Positions 1-7,582 of a stretch of 56,488 nucleotides of DNA are shown in pieces. The stretch is taken from positions 1 to 56,488 of the forward strand of contig JBDRSD010000065.1 in NCBI GenBank assembly GCA_043825215.1, in the 5' to 3' direction. How positions within the stretch are numbered: position 1 is the first letter of the stretch; every line of letters begins with the position of its first letter. Both the position numbers and the translations under genes were made by a program. A model generated the notes under the pieces. That model worked only from the letters and a program-made list of their open reading frames with translations. It searched no databases and was not told where the DNA came from. Source of the DNA: Nanobdellota archaeon (GTDB taxonomy: Archaea > Nanobdellota > Nanobdellia > Woesearchaeales > JAHJEM01).

Positions 1-140
1 TATGCTCGTCAGACAATAACACTTTTTGATAAGCCATTAACAAACCACCTCACATTTTATCGTCGATAAACTACTATAAATATGTTACTAATCACACGAG
101 AAATTATAAGCAAAATAACCAAGACTTTATAGACAACCCC

Positions 141-250
141 AATGGCCGCCAAACTTCGTTTGGCGTTTTGTTCCTCACGCATTCGCGCGCGGGTTTTGTC
201 CAGCGCGGGAGCGCTGGTGTCAGGTTGCGGGAGGAAAGGACGACGAACCA
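141..250 (+). ncRNA. Copy A (3'-partial) of the multi-copy hairpin-rich structured RNA-like element ('family 1')
   Basis: Aligns by eye to the 3' ~110 nt of full copies C and D. Contains hairpin CCAGCGC-GGGA-GCGCTGG (200-217), followed by TGTCAGGTTGCGGGAGGAAAGGACGACGAACC. The core 200-249 is identical to the inverted copy B (2356-2404) except for about 1 nt. Confidence 0.55.
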
Positions 251-323
251 CTTGTTCTGGGAAAACGAAATCTTTTTCTGCACAAATCATTTGGTCACCA
301 AATAGATAAATATTAATATACAC

Positions 324-617
324 TTGACTGAATTGAAAACAATGTCTTGGAAAAACATTCCGTTCTGGCTCAGAGGAGGAATTATCGGTTCTGCAATTCT
401 CGCTCTAGCATATATTATTCCTTTGTTCTTCCTTCCGCCTGATTTCATTGTTTTCTTTCGGCCGTATGGGATGCTATTTTGGCTGATTCAATGGATCTCT
501 TTTCTGATCGGCGGCTGGATACTGGCAATCATCATGACAATCCTTTTTCTGGTAGTGATTGGTTTTATTCTCGGCGCACTTGTCGGATTTATTGTGATGA
601 AATTCCTTAAGAAATAA
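324..617 (+). CDS. Small integral membrane protein, unknown family
   Basis: 97-aa ORF with TTG at 324 and an in-frame ATG at 342. About three long hydrophobic segments. No recognisable motif. Confidence 0.5.
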   Translation: MTELKTMSWKNIPFWLRGGIIGSAILALAYIIPLFFLPPDFIVFFRPYGMLFWLIQWISFLIGGWILAIIMTILFLVVIGFILGALVGFIVMKFLKK

Positions 618-639
618 CGAATCTTTGATTTTCTGACTA

Positions 640-1536
640 CTAGAAAAAATACAAGTACCAATGCGGCAGGAATGTCGTTATGAGAAATCCGAAGAGAAAG
701 CTCGGGACAAAGGGAATGCCTATCTTTATCCAGATCTTACTGATCTTTTTCTGTTTCTTGAGGCGTAGGAGTTCTGCGATCTGCTCTTTTGAGATGCCGA
801 GGTCTTTCGGCCCTGTAATGCGTTTTCCTGATACGATGACGTCCTTTAATATCCAGTCTCCTTCAGTGAGCGCTTGGATTGGCACTTCTTTGGTCATGCA
901 GGTGTGCTCGACTGTCTTTGCGATGATCCAGAGGTAGAACATGAAGAATAGTCCTGCAGCTAATGCGAATGTGAGGTAGTTGAAAGGCGGAGAGAGGAAA
1001 AAGAAGGACAAGACACCGAAGATGCCCACAGCCCAGGCAGCATAGCGAAGGCCTCTGAGCTTTCCTGCCTTCATCCGAAATGCGGGATAGAATTGCTTTC
1101 TTTTGACGAAGGCTAAGATGATGACAAAGAAGAAGCCATACACTGCTCCTGCGAGGATGAGGTTCACAATGAAGTCAAAGAGAACTGACATGCGGAAAAT
1201 GCTGAAGCCGGAAAAGATAGATGGGTTGAACCCGATGACAGCACCGAGTCCCATGAGAAGTTTTGCATCTCCGCCTCCCCATTGTCCGGTGTAGTACATG
1301 AAATAGGCGATGGCAACACAGATCACAAGACCGGTAAGTGAGTAGAGCAACGGATGATAATCCCAATAGATAAGAGAGACAAGCACGCCGAATGTGATGC
1401 CGAAGGCGAGAAGCGAGAAGTTCATCCAGTCAGGCACCTCGCGTGTGCGGATGTCGTTCCATGAGCCGACAATAATCGCCACAAGTGAGACTGCCCAAGG
1501 GATGATAAATGGAAAGGAAAATGCGTCAAGTACCAT
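640..1536 (-). CDS. A24-family type IV prepilin/preflagellin peptidase-like membrane protease
   Basis: Polytopic 298-aa ORF. It has both catalytic-Asp contexts typical of prepilin peptidases: 'SWNDIRTREVPDW' and 'GGGDAKLLMGLG'. It carries an extra soluble C-terminal region. Confidence 0.8.
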   Translation of the reverse strand: MVLDAFSFPFIIPWAVSLVAIIVGSWNDIRTREVPDWMNFSLLAFGITFGVLVSLIYWDYHPLLYSLTGLVICVAIAYFMYYTGQWGGGDAKLLMGLGAVIGFNPSIFSGFSIFRMSVLFDFIVNLILAGAVYGFFFVIILAFVKRKQFYPAFRMKAGKLRGLRYAAWAVGIFGVLSFFFLSPPFNYLTFALAAGLFFMFYLWIIAKTVEHTCMTKEVPIQALTEGDWILKDVIVSGKRITGPKDLGISKEQIAELLRLKKQKKISKIWIKIGIPFVPSFLFGFLITTFLPHWYLYFF

Positions 1537-1622
1537 ACATTGCTCTCCTGACGCAGTGGTTTATAAAGATTTAGGATTTACATGGTTCCAAAGAATACCA
1601 AATGGTTCTCAATGTGACCACG

Positions 1623-2264
1623 TCACATTCCTGACAAGAGATCAACTGTCAGTTCTCGTATGCTTCCGATCACCTTGTAAGCGAGAGAGAAGTCATTGTC
1701 TTTCGTGTACGCGTTGGGAATAGCAATCGCTCGCATGCCTGCCCCGACAGCTGCCTTTATTCCTTTTTCTGCGTCTTCGATGACGATCGCATCGAGCGGT
1801 GAGACGGAAAGCGCTTGCGCTCCTTTGAGGAATCCTTCAGGATCAGGCTTGGATGCTGAGACATCGTCGCGGGTAATGACTGCCTGGAAATATTTTCTCA
1901 ACCAGGTGATGTCTAGGATAGCATTGACTTCTGTTTGATAGGATGACGTGACAAGACCCAGTGGATAGGCTTTTGAGAGTTCTGCAAGTTTTTCATGCAC
2001 ACCGTCGTATACGCGAAGTTCTGTCTTGAATTTTTCATGCAGGATCCTGTTCTTGAGCTTTCGTACGTCATCGAGTGAAATCGAAAGCCTGTGCTCGACA
2101 ATGAAGTCTGTGATGCTTTTGCCTGCTCGCGTCCAGTAGGCCAAGTAGAATTCTGGCGTAATGGTGATGCCAAAATGTGCGAGCGCCTCGATGTAACTTG
2201 TGCAGTAGAGGGGTTCTGTGTCGACGAGAACACCGTCGTTGTCGAAGAGGATTGCCTTGATCAT
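1623..2264 (-). CDS. HAD-superfamily hydrolase (beta-phosphoglucomutase-like subfamily)
   Basis: Motif I 'ILFDNDGVLVDTE', 'SKPDPE' and 'IEDAEKGIKAAVGAGM'. The ORF-track start at 2387 runs into RNA copy B, so I prefer the internal ATG at 2264 (MIKAILFDNDG). Confidence 0.8.
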   Translation of the reverse strand: MIKAILFDNDGVLVDTEPLYCTSYIEALAHFGITITPEFYLAYWTRAGKSITDFIVEHRLSISLDDVRKLKNRILHEKFKTELRVYDGVHEKLAELSKAYPLGLVTSSYQTEVNAILDITWLRKYFQAVITRDDVSASKPDPEGFLKGAQALSVSPLDAIVIEDAEKGIKAAVGAGMRAIAIPNAYTKDNDFSLAYKVIGSIRELTVDLLSGM

Positions 2265-2355
2265 GAGAAAAGGAAGTGCGAGGATGTTTATGTAAATTGT
2301 GATTCGAGAGAATACTTGCCGTCCGAAGGCCTGAAAAAGGGCTGGTCGACGATAT

Positions 2356-2436
2356 GTTCGTCGTCTTTTCCTCCCGCAACCTGACACCAGCGCTCCCGCG
2401 CTGGATTTACCCTCGTGTTCCGCGAAGAACTAAACA
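2356..2436 (-). ncRNA. Copy B (3'-partial) of the family-1 structured RNA-like element
   Basis: The reverse complement reads ..GTTTAGTTCTT..CCAGCGC-GGGA-GCGCTGG-TGTCAGGTTGCGGGAGGAAAAGACGACGAAC. It is near-identical to copy A in inverted orientation and sits between the rSAM stop (2443) and the HAD start (2264). Confidence 0.55.
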
Positions 2437-2442
2437 AGAAGG

Positions 2443-3351
2443 TTATGACGATTCAACCGGAGGGTCAGTAAATACCCATTCTTTGGTTATGGTCTTGCAG
2501 GGGCATACTGGGATGCCGTATTGTTCTCGGGTATCTTTTCCAAGTGATACGACAAGACCTTGACAGATGGACGGATCAGCTACGTGGTGCAGGATATATC
2601 CTTTCTCAATAGAGCCGAGACAAAAAGAGGGGTTGTCGAGTAGGAGAACGCAAGGGTAGATGTCACCTAGAGGGTCGACATGGAGGATGTCATCATCGTT
2701 GATCAGGCAAGCCGGATTTTCCATGGATGACGATTGGAGGACGTATGGTGCAATGCGTACTTGCAGTTTCCCTTTGGTCTCTTGAATCTTCTCGACGAGT
2801 TTTTGATATGCGGGGATGGGCAGAGTCATGCCTTCGTGGCATCTGCCGACAGGGGTTGCGTAAAGAAATGAGATCTTGTCAACACCCATGTTTTCACATA
2901 AGGATATGATCTTGGAATACTCGTCGTTGTTGTCTTTCATGATGACTGACCAGACAGCAACATCTATGCTGAGCTCGCGGGCATAGCGTATCATCTCAAC
3001 TGTATGCAGAAAGGTATCAAGTCCTCTGATTTGATCATGCGTCTCTTCCAGGCCGTCTATGCTTACATTTATTTGGAATAGGTATTGCCTGTTTCTCAGG
3101 AGAAATTCTCGTGTCAGGAGATTGCCATTTGTCTCTATCTTGACTTTTGTCCGCTGGCTTGCGTAGGAAATCATGTCTTCAAGGGATGGATGTTTGAGTG
3201 GCTCGCCTCCTCCGATGATGAGAAACTCCATAGGGATAGTGTCTATCATTTTCTTGAATACTGCAGGGTCAATGTAGTCTTCTCGTCTTGGGACTGCACA
3301 ATGCACGCAGTGTGCATTGCAGTCGTAGGTTACATGAAGGAATACTCTCAT
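2443..3351 (-). CDS. Radical SAM enzyme with a Cys-containing C-terminal (SPASM/twitch-like) extension
   Basis: CxxxCxxC 'YDCNAHCVHC'; 'IIGGGEPL'; C-terminal 'VDPLGDIYPC...FCLG'. The start is taken at ATG 3351 (MRVFLHV), which forms an ATGA overlap with the upstream gene's stop. Confidence 0.8.
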   Translation of the reverse strand: MRVFLHVTYDCNAHCVHCAVPRREDYIDPAVFKKMIDTIPMEFLIIGGGEPLKHPSLEDMISYASQRTKVKIETNGNLLTREFLLRNRQYLFQINVSIDGLEETHDQIRGLDTFLHTVEMIRYARELSIDVAVWSVIMKDNNDEYSKIISLCENMGVDKISFLYATPVGRCHEGMTLPIPAYQKLVEKIQETKGKLQVRIAPYVLQSSSMENPACLINDDDILHVDPLGDIYPCVLLLDNPSFCLGSIEKGYILHHVADPSICQGLVVSLGKDTREQYGIPVCPCKTITKEWVFTDPPVESS

Positions 3352-4082
3352 CTGATTTCCCAGTGTGGATTTGTTTTTGAGAAGGTGATTGTGCATGCAG
3401 GGAATTTCTCCCGGAGTCGTTCTGCCAATGCTTCCATTCCGATCTGTTCGGATATGTGACCAATGTCGATGAATGTACAATCATGAAAATGTGCTGCTTC
3501 TGCGAGGTGGTGTGTCATGTCTCCTGCAAGGTAGAGGTCTATGTTTTCCTGTATTGCTTTTTCGACGTGATGCTGGTTGAATCCTTCACCGCCGTGGATC
3601 GCTATTTTTCTGATTGTGGTTTGTTTTTGGATGATGTTGAATGCCGGAAGCTGCAATTGGTGTTTCAACATAGAGATGATGTCATTGAGTTGTAGCGGTG
3701 AAAGTTCGGTGATGACGACTGTTCCATCATCTAATGTCTTAGTTATTGTGCAGGAGGGAAAGAGTGATTTGGCCATTGCCTTGTTGATGTCTCCGCTTTT
3801 GTCGATTCGGGAGTGTAGGACATAGATGTTTGCGTCTTTGTTAAGAAGGGAATAGTACGGATTTGTCACCTTCTTTTCCTTGCCGAATTTTGGGGGGTGA
3901 TGCAGGATGAAGAGGTCCGGTTTTAATGTGATGGCATGAGGATTGAGTTCTGCAGCAACGCAGATTGTCTTGCAGGGTTTGTCCGGTTCTCCTTGGAGAA
4001 ATCCATCTGTTGTATCCCAGGGCGCGCGAAGGCTTTCGGGATAGTTGCGATCCAGGTATTGTGTGATAGCGCGGATGTTCAT
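3348..4082 (-). CDS. NIF3/YbgI-family dinuclear-metal protein (GTP cyclohydrolase 1 type 2 homolog)
   Basis: N-terminal 'ITQYLDRNYPESLRAPWDTTDGFLQG', 'ILHHPPKF', 'IAIHGGEG' and 'AGDMTHH', matching the NIF3 His-rich metal-site pattern. Confidence 0.65.
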   Translation of the reverse strand: MNIRAITQYLDRNYPESLRAPWDTTDGFLQGEPDKPCKTICVAAELNPHAITLKPDLFILHHPPKFGKEKKVTNPYYSLLNKDANIYVLHSRIDKSGDINKAMAKSLFPSCTITKTLDDGTVVITELSPLQLNDIISMLKHQLQLPAFNIIQKQTTIRKIAIHGGEGFNQHHVEKAIQENIDLYLAGDMTHHLAEAAHFHDCTFIDIGHISEQIGMEALAERLREKFPACTITFSKTNPHWEIR

Positions 4083-4092
4083 CAGGTCATGT

Positions 4093-5004
4093 TCAAAAGG
4101 TAATTTTTGTTTCAGGTATTCGGGGATAAGGTTGGATAGTACCTATATTCATCTCATTGATGATGGTTCCGGCAAGCCTTTCAAGGCCTATGCCATACCC
4201 TCCCGTATTGGTTTGATGATGGTCTTTGATGGTTGCGTAGGTCTCCATCTCATCTGTTGACCAGCCTATTGTCCTGAGAAGATGGAAATATGCAGAGATG
4301 TCTTGCCGTCGGAGCCCGCCTGAGCAGATTTCCCATCCTGCTATGAGGTCAAAGCTGTCTGTCACATCATACCTGATGTGATAAAATCCTCTTGATTTTG
4401 CAGGAAAGTCGACGAGATATATCCATCTTTTCTTTGGTGAATTCCGGTTGACATATTCACTGAGGTTTTGTTCAGCGATGCTGTCAATCTCATCTGCTTT
4501 GAGTATTTGAAGCGCTTCCTTGTAGCTTATGTTGATCAGCTCATCCGGAAAGTTCGCATCAATTTTTTCAGCCTTGAGGTATCCCTGCATTTCGCTGTCT
4601 TCCTTGATGAAGAAAATGAGTTGTGTGAGGGAGGTCAGGATTTTGTCAAGATTGTTGGTTTTTAGCTCTGCGTCGATGCCTATGAACTCGTTTGCCCGTC
4701 TGCCATCTCCCTGTGGTTCTCCTCTGAAGACTGGCCCGATCTCGTACACTTTTCCGTTTGCCGATTTGAGGCATGCAATCTCTTTGTAGAGCTGTGGGCT
4801 TCTGGAGAGAAAGAGTTCTTCTTCCCGATCGGTGATATGGACCCTGATGAGGTGGTCTGGATGATCGTCTTTGAATGGGACTATTTTAGGGGATGCGATC
4901 GGATCATATCCTAGACCAAGGTAATATTGGTGCGCTATGCGAAGGAGATGTGATTGCAATTGGAGGCGTTTCTGAAGTTCAATCATGTTTCTCACCCATA
5001 CCAA
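4093..5004 (-). CDS. Class IIb aminoacyl-tRNA-synthetase catalytic-core paralog without an anticodon-binding domain (archaeal AsnA-like)
   Basis: Motif 2 'FRGEPQGDGRRANEFIGIDAE' and motif 3 'GGYGIGLERL'. At about 300 aa it has no N-terminal OB fold. Confidence 0.7.
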   Translation of the reverse strand: MVWVRNMIELQKRLQLQSHLLRIAHQYYLGLGYDPIASPKIVPFKDDHPDHLIRVHITDREEELFLSRSPQLYKEIACLKSANGKVYEIGPVFRGEPQGDGRRANEFIGIDAELKTNNLDKILTSLTQLIFFIKEDSEMQGYLKAEKIDANFPDELINISYKEALQILKADEIDSIAEQNLSEYVNRNSPKKRWIYLVDFPAKSRGFYHIRYDVTDSFDLIAGWEICSGGLRRQDISAYFHLLRTIGWSTDEMETYATIKDHHQTNTGGYGIGLERLAGTIINEMNIGTIQPYPRIPETKITF

Positions 5005-5875
5005 GTTCTGTAAGGTATGCGTTCATCATTCTCTCGACGTCTTTTGGGAATTTGACACGTGCATATTGTTCCAGGATTTTTTTTAGGGGGGAAATTCTCG
5101 TATTTCCTACATATACGTCGATGAATGGATAGGGTTTCACGTCCCCTTGTGGCGTTATGAAGCATTTTCTTTCGTTATTTGGAAATGCCCTGAAAATGCT
5201 TTCTGCATTGAATTGCATATCATATCTTGTTTTAATAGTTTCTGCCTGTGTTTGAACCACAGACATTTTTTCCCTATTTAACCTGAGGATTTGCCAATGG
5301 TTGTACGCGTTGTTCGTGGGCATGGACAATCTCAATCGGACATCACGTAATCCTCTGGAATACAAATCATCAACCATCCGCAGGATGTGGGCATAGTTGA
5401 TGTTATTGACGCTTGTTGTGATCTGGATGGGTATTCCTTCGTCTTGTGCACGTACGAGGTTTGTGACTGCCATTCGGTACACATTTTCTTCGGTTGGTGA
5501 TCTGCGTATTGCATTATGGATATCTTCTGGACCATCTATGCTTGCGCGTATCTTGAGATGCTGTAGGTTGGAGATGTCAGCAAGCAATTCAGAGGTTAAG
5601 TGGGTTGCATTGGTCTCAAGCAGGAAAGCCAGTTTGTTTTCTTCGCAGTCTGTGAGGATGGTTGTTATGTCCGGATGGCTGAGGGGTTCGCCACCGGTGA
5701 TATGCACTTCTGGAAAACCGAGATTGGTTATCTGTTCGATGATATCAAAGAGTTCGTCCAATTCCAATTCATTTTCAATGATATGGTCTGTATTATAGCA
5801 ATGGAGACAATCAAGGCCACATCCATAAGTAATCTCAAGATCAACATTGCCAATTTTCTCAACCAGTTCTTTCAT
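4979..5875 (-). CDS. Radical SAM enzyme (second paralog in the operon)
   Basis: 'ITYGCGLDCLHC' (CxxxCxxC) and 'ITGGEPL'. The start is taken at ATG 5875 (MKELVEK); the longer ORF-track N-terminus lies in a G-poor spacer. It overlaps the next gene by 26 nt. Confidence 0.75.
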   Translation of the reverse strand: MKELVEKIGNVDLEITYGCGLDCLHCYNTDHIIENELELDELFDIIEQITNLGFPEVHITGGEPLSHPDITTILTDCEENKLAFLLETNATHLTSELLADISNLQHLKIRASIDGPEDIHNAIRRSPTEENVYRMAVTNLVRAQDEGIPIQITTSVNNINYAHILRMVDDLYSRGLRDVRLRLSMPTNNAYNHWQILRLNREKMSVVQTQAETIKTRYDMQFNAESIFRAFPNNERKCFITPQGDVKPYPFIDVYVGNTRISPLKKILEQYARVKFPKDVERMMNAYLTELGMGEKHD

Positions 5876-6048
5876 GAAAACCAAAATTGTAGCTAGATTA
5901 TTAAGCTTTTTGCTGATATTTCCGGAGATCTTCCGAAACCAAATCTTTCTATTTGATAAACCACAAACGAATAACCAATAACGAACAACTACCAACCACT
6001 AACCACTCACAACAAACGACAAACCACCAACGACTCACAACAGCAACC

Positions 6049-6056
6049 TTTATAAA
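6049..6056 (+). promoter_or_regulatory. TATA box (TTTATAAA) for the L7Ae-S28e-L24e-ndk operon
   Basis: Canonical archaeal TATA sequence about 95 nt upstream of the rpl7ae ATG. This implies a 5' UTR of about 65-70 nt. Confidence 0.5.
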
Positions 6057-6090
6057 TCCCCCCCTTCTTCTGGAAAATACCTATGATTAA

Positions 6091-6111
6091 TGAGGCCCGA
6101 ATGCGGGCTGA
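6091..6111 (+). promoter_or_regulatory. K-turn-like hairpin in the rpl7ae 5' UTR (possible L7Ae autoregulatory site)
   Basis: UGA-GGCCCG-AAUG-CGGGCU-GA: a 6-bp stem closed by tandem G.A/A.G pairs, flanked by box C/D-like UGA..CUGA. A second hairpin, GGTAAAAC..GTTTTACC (6116-6138), abuts the GGAGG SD. The canonical C-stem is not evident. Confidence 0.3.
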
Positions 6112-6150
6112 ATGAGGTAAAACTTCTCATGTTTTACCGGAGGAAATACA

Positions 6151-6456
6151 ATGGAAAAGGCATACGAGGCAATCGAACTCGCCCGGAAAGGCGGTAAGAT
6201 CATCAAAGGGACAAATGAAGTCACGAAGTCTATCGAGAAAGGCACGGCAAAGATCGTCTTTATCGCGACAGACGTGAATCCAAAGGAAGTGACTATGCAC
6301 ATCCCGCTTCTTGCGAAAGAAAAAGGAATCGCATGTGTCGAGGTTCCAAGTAAAGAAGAGCTTGGTGCTGCAGCAGGAATCCCGTTAGGCACAGCAGCTG
6401 TCGCGATCGTCAAGGAAGGAGAGGCAGCAGACCTTGTCAAGGAACTCTCCAGGTGA
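6151..6456 (+). CDS. rpl7ae: Ribosomal protein L7Ae
   Basis: '[34 protein letters not shown]...[22 protein letters not shown]'. GGAGG lies 8 nt upstream. Confidence 0.9.
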   Translation: MEKAYEAIELARKGGKIIKGTNEVTKSIEKGTAKIVFIATDVNPKEVTMHIPLLAKEKGIACVEVPSKEELGAAAGIPLGTAAVAIVKEGEAADLVKELSR

Positions 6457-6461
6457 ATATA

Positions 6462-6749
6462 ATGGCAAAAAAGATGGTCGGTAAAGCTGGACAGGAAGGA
6501 CAGTCTGATTCTAAGGGAAGAATCAACTTCAATACTGGTTTTCCCTCGCGCGTCGAGGAGATTATGGGACGGACAGGAACAAGGGGAGAAGCGACCCAGG
6601 TCCGTGTGAAGATTCTCGAAGGCAGGGATAAGAACAAGACCATCAGAAGAAATGTTCGAGGCCCAGTGCAATTGGGAGATATCCTCATCCTGATGGAGAC
6701 TGAAATTGAGGCAAGACCCCTCAATAAGGCAGGTAGGGTCAATAACTAG
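6462..6749 (+). CDS. rps28e: Ribosomal protein S28e
   Basis: '[49 protein letters not shown]'. ATG at 6462; the ORF-track GTG at 6453 overlaps the L7Ae stop. Confidence 0.85.
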   Translation: MAKKMVGKAGQEGQSDSKGRINFNTGFPSRVEEIMGRTGTRGEATQVRVKILEGRDKNKTIRRNVRGPVQLGDILILMETEIEARPLNKAGRVNN

Positions 6750-6759
6750 GTGGAATGAA

Positions 6760-7032
6760 ATGGCACGATGCGATTTTTGCAAATCACGGATTGAGCAGGG
6801 AACAGGAAAGAAGTTTATCTATAAGGACGGGCACATTTCGAATTTTTGTTCTTCAAAGTGCGAGCGGCATACATTCAGGCTCAAGCACAAGGGAAGAAAC
6901 GTCAGGTGGACTGAGGAGTACCAAAAGCTCAAGAAATCCGGCAAACTCACAGAGGACGTAGAAATCAAAGCTGAGGATCTGCAGGCAGAAAAGCCAGCAG
7001 AGGATAAACAGAAGAAGGGTGGGAAGAAATGA
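6760..7032 (+). CDS. rpl24e: Ribosomal protein L24e
   Basis: 'MARCDFCKSRIEQGTGKKFIYKDGHISNFCSSKC' zinc-ribbon N-terminus. Internal ATG at 6760. Confidence 0.85.
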   Translation: MARCDFCKSRIEQGTGKKFIYKDGHISNFCSSKCERHTFRLKHKGRNVRWTEEYQKLKKSGKLTEDVEIKAEDLQAEKPAEDKQKKGGKK

Positions 7033-7520
7033 TCGAAAGAACTCTTGTCCTGGTAAAGCCTGATGGTGTGCAACGCTCTCTTGTCGGAAGGATTGTCCAG
7101 CGCTTTGAGGATGCTGGTTTCAAGATTGTCGGCATGAAGATGGTCTGGGCTGATAAGGAGTTTGCAAAGAAGCACTATACTGAGGATATTACAAAAAGGC
7201 GCGGAGAGCATGTGAGAAATTACCTTTTGGATTTCATCTCAGAAGGCCCAGTTATCGCAATGTGCCTTGAGGGCGTGCATGCGATCGAGAATGTGCGAAA
7301 GATCGTGGGATCGACTGAACCAAAGGCCGCACCGCCAGGAACGATTAGAGGGGATTTCTCGCACCAGAGCTATTCCTATTGCGATTCGCACAAGAAGGTC
7401 GTGAAAAACCTCATCCATGCGTCCTCTGATGCTGATGATGCGAAGCGCGAGGTTGACGTGTGGTTCGCAAAAGATGAGCTGCATTCCTACAAGACAGTGC
7501 ACGACGTGCACATACTATAA
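7029..7520 (+). CDS. ndk: Nucleoside diphosphate kinase
   Basis: 'ERTLVLVKPDGVQRSLVGRIVQRFEDAGFKIVGMK', 'GTIRGDF', 'NLIHASD'. ATGA overlap with rpl24e. The L7Ae-S28e-L24e-ndk order is the conserved archaeal cluster. Confidence 0.9.
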   Translation: MIERTLVLVKPDGVQRSLVGRIVQRFEDAGFKIVGMKMVWADKEFAKKHYTEDITKRRGEHVRNYLLDFISEGPVIAMCLEGVHAIENVRKIVGSTEPKAAPPGTIRGDFSHQSYSYCDSHKKVVKNLIHASSDADDAKREVDVWFAKDELHSYKTVHDVHIL

Positions 7521-7582
7521 ACAACAAACACTATAAACGATTAACGACAAACACGATTAACGAATAACTACCAGGTGATATT

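Noticed and set aside
57-323. 88-aa minus-strand ORF
   Set aside because: It overlaps RNA-element copy A on the opposite strand. It has no motif and no coupling to its neighbours.
6087-6782. 231-aa minus-strand ORF
   Set aside because: It is antisense to rpl7ae and rps28e, which have clear ribosomal-protein sequences. It is a shadow ORF.
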